Source: Myxococcota bacterium (GTDB lineage Bacteria > Myxococcota_A > UBA9160 > UBA4427). From it: 46,475 nt of DNA. Each line of letters starts with the position of its first letter. Within the stretch, counting starts at the first letter, position 1. Where the stretch lies: the NCBI GenBank assembly GCA_036336835.1, contig JAYZFK010000096.1, positions 1 through 46,475 on the forward strand. Direction: 5' to 3'. Below, piece by piece: positions 9,385 to 17,842 of this stretch. The notes under the pieces are model-generated. The model had not been told where the DNA came from. It worked only from the letters and a program-made list of their open reading frames with translations, and did not search any database. Position numbers and translations under genes: made by a program.

Positions 9385-9606
9385 GTGCTGGTCTGCCACT
9401 GCAACGCCATCTCCGATCGCGCGATCCGCAAGGCGGTTCGCAAGGGCGCGAGCAACGCGTCCGAGGTCGGCCTGCGGACCGGTGCCGGCGTCGGCTGCGG
9501 CGGCTGCCTCGACAGCGTGAACGCGATCATCCGCGCCGAGAGCGGCAGTGCGCACGACAAGGCCAGCCCGTCCGACCTGATCGCCCTGCCCGTCGTCTCC
9601 TCCTGA
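9385..9606 (+). CDS. bfd: Bacterioferritin-associated [2Fe-2S] ferredoxin
   Basis: MLVCHCNAISDRAIRKAV...GAGVGCGGC (CxC...CxxC), directly upstream of bfr. Confidence 0.9.
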   Translation: MLVCHCNAISDRAIRKAVRKGASNASEVGLRTGAGVGCGGCLDSVNAIIRAESGSAHDKASPSDLIALPVVSS

Positions 9607-9660
9607 CGTCTCCGCCTCCACCCACCGCGACTGCGCCCGACCGCACCCGACCGCACCTTC

Positions 9661-9721
9661 TGGAAGTGAAATCCATTGTCACTTTCAGTTCGCTCGACCT
9701 GCGCGCTGCACCCGGTAGCCT
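9661..9721 (+). promoter_or_regulatory. Second Fur-like dyad just upstream of a putative bfr promoter
   Basis: GGAAGTGA-N9-TCACTTTC (9662-9686), reverse strand 12/19 to the Fur consensus; then TCGACC (9694)-16 nt-TAGCCT (9716) and SD GGGAGGGAG. Confidence 0.5.
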
Positions 9722-9740
9722 CACCGGGAGGGAGCGTGCG

Positions 9741-10211
9741 ATGCAAGGCGAGCCGGAAGTCATCGAAGCCCTGAACGCGGTGCTCACGGCCGAGCTCACC
9801 GCGATCAACCAGTACTTCGTGCACCACAAGATGTGCGACAACTGGGGCTACTCGAAGCTGTCTGCGAAGAAACGCGAAGAAGCGCTCGACGAGATGAAGG
9901 ATGCCGACACGATCATCGAGCGCATCTTGTTCCTGGAAGGCGTGCCCAACATGCAGCGCCTGAGCCCGGTGCGCGTCGGCGAAGACCCCGTCGAGCAGCA
10001 CGAACTCGACCTGGAGGCGGAGCTCGAGGCCATCAAGCGGCTCAACGACGGGATCGCGCTGTGCCGCGACAAGGGCGACAACGGCTCGCGCGAGCTGCTC
10101 GAATCGATCCTCGAGGGTGAGGAGGAGTCCGCCGACTGGCTCGAGGCGCAGCTGCACCTGGTCAAGCAGGTCGGCAGGGAGAACTATCTCGCCGAGATGA
10201 TCCGCGACTAG
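9741..10211 (+). CDS. bfr: Bacterioferritin; heme Met52 retained, ferroxidase His54/His130 replaced
   Basis: MQGEPEVIEALNAVLTAELTAINQYFVH...DEMKDAD...ERILFLEGVPN; 156 aa; SD upstream. Confidence 0.95.
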   Translation: MQGEPEVIEALNAVLTAELTAINQYFVHHKMCDNWGYSKLSAKKREEALDEMKDADTIIERILFLEGVPNMQRLSPVRVGEDPVEQHELDLEAELEAIKRLNDGIALCRDKGDNGSRELLESILEGEEESADWLEAQLHLVKQVGRENYLAEMIRD

Positions 10212-10271
10212 GACCCAGGCCGTTCGACAACCCGACTGCGTGATAGAGTGCCGGCCCAGCTGGAGGGCTCC

Positions 10272-12233
10272 ATGTCGCACGTCGTCCGCAGCGCCATGCT
10301 CGTCTTGCTCAGTACCTCGTTGGCCCTCCCGGGCCTGGCGAAGACCGAGCGTCCCTACGAGATCAGTGAGGAGCGCGAAGCGTGCGCGAGCTACGAGCCG
10401 CTGCGCCGGCCGTTGTTCGGCGACACCCACGTCCACACGGCGTACTCGTTCGACGCCTCGGTCCAGGACACGCGCAACACGCCGCGCGACGCCTATCGTT
10501 TCGCCAGAGGCGAGCGGCTGGGCATCCAGCCGTACGACCGGGAGGGCAACGCCGCGCGCAGCGCCCAGCTGCGCCGGCCGCTCGACTGGACCGCGGTGAG
10601 CGACCACGCCGAGCTGCTCGGCGAGGTGCGGAGCTGCAACGACCCGAACGCACCGGGCTACGACTCCGACATCTGCTGGCTGTACCAGACCATGCGCCCG
10701 CTGGTGCTCGGCCCGCTCGCGCTGCGCACGCTGCTGATGAAGCAGCGCATGGGCTTCTGTGGTGAGGACGGCGAGGTCTGCCGGGGCAACGCTCGCGCGG
10801 CCTGGTCCGACATTCAGTCGGCGGCCGAAGAGGCCTACGACCGCACCGCGGACTGCCGCTTCACGAGCTTCGTCGGCTACGAGTGGACGGGGACGGCCGG
10901 CAACGGCTTCAACCTCCACCGCAACGTCATCTTCCGCAACGAGAAGGTGCCCGAGCTGCCCGCGAACTGGGTCGACAGCCGGTCGGCCTTCCACCACTGG
11001 CAGCAGCTGCAGGAGCAGTGCGTCGAGGGGAGGCCCGGCTGCGACGCGCTGACGATCCCACACAATTCGAACCTCGGCGGCGACGGTCTGATCTTCGCGA
11101 CCGCCAAGCTCGCAACGCCCGCCGACCTCGACGGTCCGGTCGACCGCGAGGAGGCGGAGCTGCGCCAGCGCTGGGAGCCGATCGTCGAGATCATGCAGCA
11201 CAAGGGCGACTCGGAGTGCCTGCTCGGCGGCGACACGGTCGACGAGGCGTGCGGCTTCGAGAAGGTGCCCTACGACAGCTTCGCGGGCGCGACGATCTCG
11301 GAGTCGGTCCAGAGCGCCGACATGCCGCTCGAGGATCCCAGCGCACCCAAGCGCAGCGCAACGGTACGCGAAGCGCTGAAGAAGGGCCTGGCACTCGAAC
11401 AGAAGCTGGGCGCGAACCCGCTCAAGTTCGGGATCATCGCCAGCACCGACACGCACCTCGGCACCCCTGGCCTGGTCGACGAGACCAACTCCAAGGGCCA
11501 CGGTGGTGCCGGCATGGCGGCGGGCACCGGGCTTGCCGCCGGTCTGCCCGACAACATCGAGTACAACCCGGGCGGCCTCGCCGTCGTCTGGGCCGAGGAG
11601 AACGCGCGCGATTCGATCTTCGCCGCCCTGCAGCGCCGCGAGACCTACGGCACGAGCGGCCCGCGCCACGTCGTCCGCTTCTTCGGCGGCTGGAGCCTCG
11701 AGGACTCGATGTGCAGCGACGGCGACTTCGCCAAGCTCGGCTACCAGCTCGGCGTGCCGATGGGCGGCGACCTCAGCGAGCGAGGCGACGCCCAGGCCCC
11801 GCGCTTTGCGGTCTCGGCGCTCGCGGACCCGGGCGCCGACGACCGTCCCGGCGCAGCACTGCAACGCATCCAGATCGTCAAGGGCTGGGTCGACGGGGCC
11901 GGCGCGGTGCACGAGAAGGTCTTCGACGTCGCCGGCGGCGACAACGGCGCCGACGTCGACACGCGAACCTGCGAGCGCCGCGGCACCGGTGCGCAGAGTC
12001 TGTGCTCGGTCTGGAGTGATCCGGAGTTCGACGCCAGCCAGGGTGCGTTCTACTACGCGCGGGTGCTCGAGAACCCGAGCTGCCGCTGGAGTCAGCACCT
12101 GTGCATTGCCGCGGGCGTCGATTGCAGTGATCCCGCGACGATCACGCAGGGCTTCGAGCCCTGCTGCGCAGCCGACCATCGACCGACGGTGCAGGAGCGC
12201 GCCTGGACCTCGCCGATCTGGTACCAGCCCTGA
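10272..12233 (+). CDS. Secreted DUF3604 (PHP-like metallohydrolase) protein
   Basis: Signal peptide; LFGDTHVHTAYSFDA, AVSDHAE, GYEWT, NLHRNVIF, IPHNSN, STDTHLGTPG, ETYGTSGPR, QERAWTSPIWY. Confidence 0.9.
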   Translation: MSHVVRSAMLVLLSTSLALPGLAKTERPYEISEEREACASYEPLRRPLFGDTHVHTAYSFDASVQDTRNTPRDAYRFARGERLGIQPYDREGNAARSAQLRRPLDWTAVSDHAELLGEVRSCNDPNAPGYDSDICWLYQTMRPLVLGPLALRTLLMKQRMGFCGEDGEVCRGNARAAWSDIQSAAEEAYDRTADCRFTSFVGYEWTGTAGNGFNLHRNVIFRNEKVPELPANWVDSRSAFHHWQQLQEQCVEGRPGCDALTIPHNSNLGGDGLIFATAKLATPADLDGPVDREEAELRQRWEPIVEIMQHKGDSECLLGGDTVDEACGFEKVPYDSFAGATISESVQSADMPLEDPSAPKRSATVREALKKGLALEQKLGANPLKFGIIASTDTHLGTPGLVDETNSKGHGGAGMAAGTGLAAGLPDNIEYNPGGLAVVWAEENARDSIFAALQRRETYGTSGPRHVVRFFGGWSLEDSMCSDGDFAKLGYQLGVPMGGDLSERGDAQAPRFAVSALADPGADDRPGAALQRIQIVKGWVDGAGAVHEKVFDVAGGDNGADVDTRTCERRGTGAQSLCSVWSDPEFDASQGAFYYARVLENPSCRWSQHLCIAAGVDCSDPATITQGFEPCCAADHRPTVQERAWTSPIWYQP

Positions 12234-12252
12234 GCCCAACCCTCCGTCCCCA

Positions 12253-12322
12253 CCCCGCTAGCGGGGGGCTCGGCAACGAGCCAGTGCTCGTGCGCCGGCG
12301 GCAGACGCAGACGCCGCCGGCG
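12253..12322. terminator. Three consecutive GC-rich hairpins between convergent genes
   Basis: CCCCGCTAGCGGGG; GGCTCG-GCAA-CGAGCC; CGCCGGCGGC-N10-GCCGCCGGCG; no U-tract. Confidence 0.4.
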
Positions 12323-12327
12323 AGACG

Positions 12328-13671
12328 CTAGATTCGAAGCAGCCGTTGCGCGGCGTCGGCCGGGAAGACCGAGTTGAGCACCTCGTACTGCTGATTCGCA
12401 CCGGGCAGCTCGAAGTGCTCGGGGTGGGGCAGATAGCGCAGCCAGCCGTTCGCGATCGAGAGCGGCATCGCGAGACGCGACCCGGCGCGAGCGGCCAGGG
12501 CGAGGCCCACGTCGGCCGTCACTTCGAACGGCAGCGCCCACAGCTCGAGCGGTCCGAGCGCGAGACGCTGCACCTCGACCGACACGCGCTCACCGCCCGC
12601 GAACAGCGGCGCCTGCAGGTCGCGCAGGTAGAGCCGCACGCAGGCCAGCCGCTCGCGCTGCTCGTCGATCTGCAGGTGGGCGGTGCGCTCGTGCTCGAGC
12701 CGGTAGAAGTCGCGCACCCGGAGTCGCTCGTCGGACTCGAGACCGAGCGCGGCCATCGCCTCGACGCGGCGCTCCTCGAGCAATTCTTCGCGCGCGCCGC
12801 TCCCCGCCTCGTGGACCTCGAGCGCGACCGCGTGCGCCTCGGCAGCGACGTCCGCAGCAGCGGTGGTCTCGATGCCGCGTGCACACGAGACGACCGCGTG
12901 AGCGATCTCGCTTCCCAGCTCCGCCATCCGCTCGAACGACACGCCGCGACTCTGGTCGGGGATCGCGAGATCCAGCAGATCGCGCGTGCGCGGATCGACA
13001 TCCCCGTGCGCGCCGAGCCCGAACAGCGCGAGCACACCCGGGAAGGCGAGCTCCACCGCAGCACTCGCGACGCCTGGCCAGTCGGCCGAGTACGCGAGAT
13101 TGTCGTGCCCGAGCGCGGTCGGGTGGCAGCCGTGGAGGTAGAAGATGGCCAACGGCTCGCCGCTCGCTCGATCGACGCGCACGACCGCAACACGGTCGTC
13201 GATCGGAGCGCCGTCGCAGCGACGGTTGCGTCCGATGTGTGCGCGCGTAAGTCCGACACCGAGACGCGCGGGCTGGCGGGCCGCGTGAGCAGCGACGCCC
13301 GCTTCGACGATCGCGTCGAGCAGCGCGCTCTCCCACGCGGGGATTGGCCGTCCCAGCACCCGGGCCGCGTAGCCCGTCTCCGGCCCCGAATGCGTGTGGA
13401 TGCAGCCGATGCAGATCGCATCACGGGCCAGGCCCGTCTCCGCCGCGATCCGCTCGCGCAGCTCGGCACATTGCGTCACCGCGAGCAGGCACAGATCGCA
13501 CTCGACGACCAGCAGCGCGTCCGAGCCTTGCTCGACGCAGAGCGCGCGTGCGTAGAGCTCGTCGTGACACGCGTCTGCCACGCCAGTGCGCGCGCCGTAG
13601 CCCATCATCGGCCAGCCCGACTCTGCCGGCAGCTGGACCCGGAACACGCCGGCTCGTAGAGTCTCCTTCAT
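12328..13671 (-). CDS. Neutral/alkaline ceramidase-like hydrolase
   Basis: MMGYGAR...HDELYARAL, IHTHSGP, NRR, HGCHPT, SADWPG, GAHGDVDP; true ATG at 13671 within the over-extended ORF 12328..14448. Confidence 0.8.
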   Translation of the reverse strand: MKETLRAGVFRVQLPAESGWPMMGYGARTGVADACHDELYARALCVEQGSDALLVVECDLCLLAVTQCAELRERIAAETGLARDAICIGCIHTHSGPETGYAARVLGRPIPAWESALLDAIVEAGVAAHAARQPARLGVGLTRAHIGRNRRCDGAPIDDRVAVVRVDRASGEPLAIFYLHGCHPTALGHDNLAYSADWPGVASAAVELAFPGVLALFGLGAHGDVDPRTRDLLDLAIPDQSRGVSFERMAELGSEIAHAVVSCARGIETTAAADVAAEAHAVALEVHEAGSGAREELLEERRVEAMAALGLESDERLRVRDFYRLEHERTAHLQIDEQRERLACVRLYLRDLQAPLFAGGERVSVEVQRLALGPLELWALPFEVTADVGLALAARAGSRLAMPLSIANGWLRYLPHPEHFELPGANQQYEVLNSVFPADAAQRLLRI

Positions 13672-13692
13672 CGGAGCACGACGATAGCCGGC

Positions 13693-14142
13693 ATGAACCA
13701 TCTCTACTTCGCCTACGGATCCAACATGAGCACGGTGCGCCTGCGTGCCAGGATCCCTCGGGCGGAGCCCATCGGCGCGGCGCGGATCGAGGGCTTCGAG
13801 ACCCTGTGCAACAAGCGGGGCAAGGACGGCAGTGGCAAGGCGAACCTCGTCCCGACGCCCGCCGCCGAGGCCTGGGGGGTGCTGTTCCGGCTCGACGCTG
13901 CGGACTGGGAGATCCTCGACCGCTACGAGTGGGGCTATCGGCGCAGCGCGTCTCGTGTCCTCGCACGGAAAGGCAAGGCACACCGGGCACAGCTGTACCT
14001 GGCGCTGCAACCCGAGGAGCACGAGATCCCGCCCTTCGACTGGTACCGGGCGCTCTGCCTCGAGGGCGCACGCGAGCACGCGCTGCCGGAGAGCACCATC
14101 GCACGGATCACCGGCTGGACGGTCGAGCTCAACGATCGTTAG
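13693..14142 (+). CDS. Gamma-glutamylcyclotransferase (GGCT/AIG2-like)
   Basis: LYFAYGSNM, ANLVP, WGVLF, LDRYE. Confidence 0.88.
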   Translation: MNHLYFAYGSNMSTVRLRARIPRAEPIGAARIEGFETLCNKRGKDGSGKANLVPTPAAEAWGVLFRLDAADWEILDRYEWGYRRSASRVLARKGKAHRAQLYLALQPEEHEIPPFDWYRALCLEGAREHALPESTIARITGWTVELNDR

Positions 14143-15295
14143 GCAGGCCGGCTCCGATGCGGCGCGCCAGGCGCCGCGTCGCCACGCGCACGTCGTCCGG
14201 CGGCGCCGCCGTGTAGCAGAGCCGAATCCAGCTCTGGTAATCGCTGCCGGAGGACGCGCCGGGCGCCACCAGCACGCCGTCCTCGAAGCAATCCTCGAGG
14301 AAGCCGTGCATCCCGCGCTCGTCGAGCCGCTCCGCGACATCGATGAAATGGAAGGTCGAGCCCTGCGGTGGCGCGAGACCGAGCGTCGCGGCCGATTCGA
14401 AGCCCACCTCGCGATACGACGCCCGGGCCTTCGCGATCCAGTCGGCACCGACGGCGAGCGCGCTCAGCCCGACGAGCTGGCCCGCGACCGGCGCGTGATA
14501 GGCGGTGTGGGTCCCCACCTTGTGCGCCTCGTGCACGAGCGAGGCCGGACCTGCGAGATAGCCGACGCGGTGGCCGGCCATGCCGTACGCCTTCGAGAAC
14601 GAGAATACCGAGAGGGTCCGATCGGGCGCCGCTGTGGCCACCGAGAAGTGCTCGCCCTCGTACACGTAGTCCTCGTACACCTCGTCCGCGATCAACCACA
14701 GGTCGTGCGCCGCCGCGAGCTCGGCGAGCGCCTCGAGCCAGGGGCGCGGAAGGATCCGACCTGTCGGGTTCGAGGGCGTCGAGACGTAGAGCGCGACACT
14801 GCGCTGCGTAATGCGCTCGCCGACTGCCGCCACCGCGTCGTCGGCCGAGTGCACGCGATCGAAGAAGGGCACCTCGACCGGCGTCGCGCGAAAGGCCTGC
14901 ACGATGCCGCGAATCAGCGGCCAGAAGGGCGCCAGGATCAGCACCTCCTCGCCCGGGGCGGCGATCGCCCCCACGGCGTTTGCCAGCACCCCGGTGGCCC
15001 CGGCGCCGACCAGGACCTCGTCGCGCTCGCATGCGATGCCGTTGCGCACACGCAGCTTCTCGACGAGCGCGTCGAGCAGCGCCGGGACGCCGGCAGTCGG
15101 CGCATAGCGATGTAGATCGGGGTGGTCCTCGGCCGTGAGATCCTGCATGCGCGCGCCAACGCACGCCGGGAGCCAGGTGTCTCCGACGTGCAGCGGAACT
15201 GGCGGAATTCCGCTGCGCGGCAGCCGCTGCGCGAAGGGCGAGTAGACGGCGCCCGGGATTGCCTGGACCGTGGGCGCGAAGCCGCGGCGGGGCAT
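14129..15295 (-). CDS. PLP-dependent aminotransferase, class I/II
   Basis: STPSNPTG, IADEVYE, SFSKAYGMAGHRVGY (PLP Lys), WIRLCY. Confidence 0.9.
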   Translation of the reverse strand: MPRRGFAPTVQAIPGAVYSPFAQRLPRSGIPPVPLHVGDTWLPACVGARMQDLTAEDHPDLHRYAPTAGVPALLDALVEKLRVRNGIACERDEVLVGAGATGVLANAVGAIAAPGEEVLILAPFWPLIRGIVQAFRATPVEVPFFDRVHSADDAVAAVGERITQRSVALYVSTPSNPTGRILPRPWLEALAELAAAHDLWLIADEVYEDYVYEGEHFSVATAAPDRTLSVFSFSKAYGMAGHRVGYLAGPASLVHEAHKVGTHTAYHAPVAGQLVGLSALAVGADWIAKARASYREVGFESAATLGLAPPQGSTFHFIDVAERLDERGMHGFLEDCFEDGVLVAPGASSGSDYQSWIRLCYTAAPPDDVRVATRRLARRIGAGLPNDR

Positions 15296-15312
15296 TGGCG
15301 CACGCTACCAGA

Positions 15313-16158
15313 TCAGTCGAGCAACGCCGCGTAGCCCGACCGGAAGCTCGGATAGTCGAACGAATAGCCTTCGCTGCGGATGCGGGCGTTGCGGCAGCGC
15401 TTGCTGCCCGCGCGCCGCGCGGGCGGAGCGCCCGCGTCCGCCATCGCCGGCTCGGACACACCGAGCCGGCTCGCGAGGTAGCGGAGCACCTCGGCCTCGT
15501 CGGCAGGCTCGTCGTCCACGCCGAGGTAGCACGTGTGCGCAGGCTGCTCGAGCAGGGCCAGCAGCTCCAGCACGCCCGCCGCATCGTCTCGGTGGATGCG
15601 ATTGGTGAAGTGCTCGCCCGGATGGATCCGCGCTTCGCCAGAGCGCACGTGTTCGATCAGCCGCCCGCGACCCGGGCCGTAGATACCGCCGAAGCGAACG
15701 ACGATCGCACCCGGCACCAGTGCCCGCAGCAGCCGCTCCGCGGCGAGCAGGATCTCGCCGCGAAAGCCGACCGGCCGCGTCGGCGACTCCTCGTCGACCC
15801 ACTCGCCGCGCTGTTGCGCGTAGACCGCCGTGCTCGAGCAGAAGAGCGTGCGTCGCGGCATCTCGCCCCGCTCGCGAAGTACGCGCAGCAGATGATCGAC
15901 GCCGTCGAGATAGGCGGCCCGATACGCCGCCTCGCTCGACTCGCTGGCACCCGCCGTGTAGACGACGATTTCGACTCGCTCGGGCAGCACGTCGAGCGTC
16001 TCGATCCGGGCGAGGTCGGCGCACACCGCCCGTGCGCCGCGCGGCGCGGGACCTTCGCTGCGTCGCAGGGCGAAGACGTCACAGCCGCCCTCGGCCAGCC
16101 GCTCGGCGAGCCGGTTGCCGACAAAGCCGCAGCCGGCGATCAGGACTCGCGTGCTCAT
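15313..16158 (-). CDS. NAD-dependent epimerase/dehydratase (atypical SDR, YeeZ-like)
   Basis: VLIAGCGFVG, SSTAVY, RFGGIYGPGR, TNRIHRDD. Confidence 0.88.
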   Translation of the reverse strand: MSTRVLIAGCGFVGNRLAERLAEGGCDVFALRRSEGPAPRGARAVCADLARIETLDVLPERVEIVVYTAGASESSEAAYRAAYLDGVDHLLRVLRERGEMPRRTLFCSSTAVYAQQRGEWVDEESPTRPVGFRGEILLAAERLLRALVPGAIVVRFGGIYGPGRGRLIEHVRSGEARIHPGEHFTNRIHRDDAAGVLELLALLEQPAHTCYLGVDDEPADEAEVLRYLASRLGVSEPAMADAGAPPARRAGSKRCRNARIRSEGYSFDYPSFRSGYAALLD

Positions 16159-16344
16159 GACGCCGTCAGCATGCCGCAGAGCACCGGTCCGTGCCCGAGG
16201 CCGCATCCGCGGCCAGGGTCAGTCGCAGGAGGCGAGGTGCGCCCGCTCCTGGCGATCGACTCGCAACGAGGGGCTCGCCTCGCCGGTTGCATCGGCCGGC
16301 GGCGCGGGGGTTCCGAGCCCGGGGCGCTGCGTATACTTGCGCGC

Positions 16345-17058
16345 GTGCGAGCCTCGATTGGAATTCCGCTATGTCTCGATGCGCGGGGGCGCTGGCGCCG
16401 CGGCCGCGACTACCTGTACATCGACCGCGCCTACGCCCGGTCGATCGAAGCCGCCGGCGGGCTGGCCGTCCACCTGCCAGTACAGGACGGCGCTTCGGCA
16501 CCCGAGCTGGTTGCGCGCGTCGACGGACTGCTGCTGCCCGGCGGAGACGACTTCGCCCCCGAGCGCGACTATCCGGCGGACGTCGCGTTCGACCTGGCGG
16601 ACGAAGTGCAGATCGGCTTCGACCGCGCGCTGCTCGCGGCGGCGCTCGACGCGGACAAGCCCGTTCTCGGCATCTGCTACGGGATGCAGCTGCTCGCCCT
16701 CGCCGCGGGCGGCGCGCTCCACCACCACCTGCCGACGGATGTCGCCGACGCACTCGACCACGGGTCGGGCGACTCGGGAACACGACGACACGCGATCGAG
16801 ATCGCACCCGGATCCCGGCTCGCGGGCTGGCTAGGCGCGAACGAGATCGAGGTGAACAGCCGCCATCATCAGGCAGTTTCCGACGCAGGGCGCCTGCGCG
16901 TCGTGGCGCGGGCCGCGGACGGAGTGATCGAGGCAATCGAATCGGCGGACGGAACGCCGAGCACCGGCGTGCAGTGGCATCCCGAGGCGCTCGCGGGGCC
17001 GGCCGGCGAAGGGCTGCTGCGCCACTTCGTCGCCCAGGCAGCCAGCGGCCCGGGCTAA
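16345..17058 (+). CDS. Gamma-glutamyl-GABA hydrolase family protein (peptidase C26, PuuD-like)
   Basis: DGLLLPGGDD, LGICYGMQL, NSRHHQAV, GVQWHPE; TATACT 7 nt before the GTG. Confidence 0.88.
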   Translation: MRASIGIPLCLDARGRWRRGRDYLYIDRAYARSIEAAGGLAVHLPVQDGASAPELVARVDGLLLPGGDDFAPERDYPADVAFDLADEVQIGFDRALLAAALDADKPVLGICYGMQLLALAAGGALHHHLPTDVADALDHGSGDSGTRRHAIEIAPGSRLAGWLGANEIEVNSRHHQAVSDAGRLRVVARAADGVIEAIESADGTPSTGVQWHPEALAGPAGEGLLRHFVAQAASGPG

Positions 17059-17067
17059 GCTGTCCCC

Positions 17068-17829
17068 GTGCTTCGCGCTGCGCAGTCGCTGCTGTTCTGG
17101 GGCTTCCTGCTCGCGAGCTCGATCGCGCTGTTCCCAGTCGCGCTGCTGATCTGGCTGGTGACACTGCCCTTCGATCGCCGGAAGGTGGTCCTGCATCGCT
17201 TCACCTGCCTGTGGGCTTCTCTGTACACACAGCTCAATCCCGCGTGGCCCGTGACAGTTCGCGGCCGCGAGCGCTTCGACGATCGTGTCGCGAGCGTGCT
17301 GGTCGCAAACCATCAGTCGCTGCTCGACATCCTCGTGCTCTTCCGGCTGTTCAGACACTTCAAGTGGGTATCGAAGATCGAGAACTTCCGCGTTCCGTTC
17401 ATCGGCTGGAACATGAGCCTCAACGGCTATGTGAAGCTCAAGCGCGGCCATCGCGCGAGCGTGATCCAGATGTTTCGCGACTGCGAGCGAACGCTCGCCT
17501 CGGGCTCTTCGCTGATGATCTTTCCCGAGGGCACGCGCTCGATGACCGCGCGCATGCGCGCGTTCAAGCCAGGTGCGTTCGAGATCGCGCTGCGCACGAA
17601 GAGCCCAATCCTGCCGATTGCGCTGATGGGCACGTCGGACGCGCTGCCCAAACGCGGCTTCGTGCTGCAGGGACGGCACCAGATCGAAGTGAACCTGCTC
17701 GAGCCGCTGCCCTACGAGAGCTTTGCGAGTCTCGATGTCGACGAGCTGACCGAGCTCGTGCGCGACCGCATCGCCTCGGCGCTCGAGGAGCGCGCGAAGG
17801 CGCGCGAGGCGATGAGCCCGTCCGGCTGA
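17068..17829 (+). CDS. plsC: 1-acyl-sn-glycerol-3-phosphate acyltransferase
   Basis: ANHQSLLD, IFPEGTRS, FKPGAF; N-terminal TM helix. Confidence 0.85.
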   Translation: MLRAAQSLLFWGFLLASSIALFPVALLIWLVTLPFDRRKVVLHRFTCLWASLYTQLNPAWPVTVRGRERFDDRVASVLVANHQSLLDILVLFRLFRHFKWVSKIENFRVPFIGWNMSLNGYVKLKRGHRASVIQMFRDCERTLASGSSLMIFPEGTRSMTARMRAFKPGAFEIALRTKSPILPIALMGTSDALPKRGFVLQGRHQIEVNLLEPLPYESFASLDVDELTELVRDRIASALEERAKAREAMSPSG

Positions 17830-17842
17830 GCGCGGGGCCAAC

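Noticed and set aside
9183..12239. 1018-aa minus-strand ORF
   Set aside because: Antisense to bfd, bfr and DUF3604, which carry clear motifs
16159..16344. GC-rich stems in a divergent intergenic region as a riboswitch or ncRNA
   Set aside because: No recognisable conserved motif; pairing is expected at this GC content
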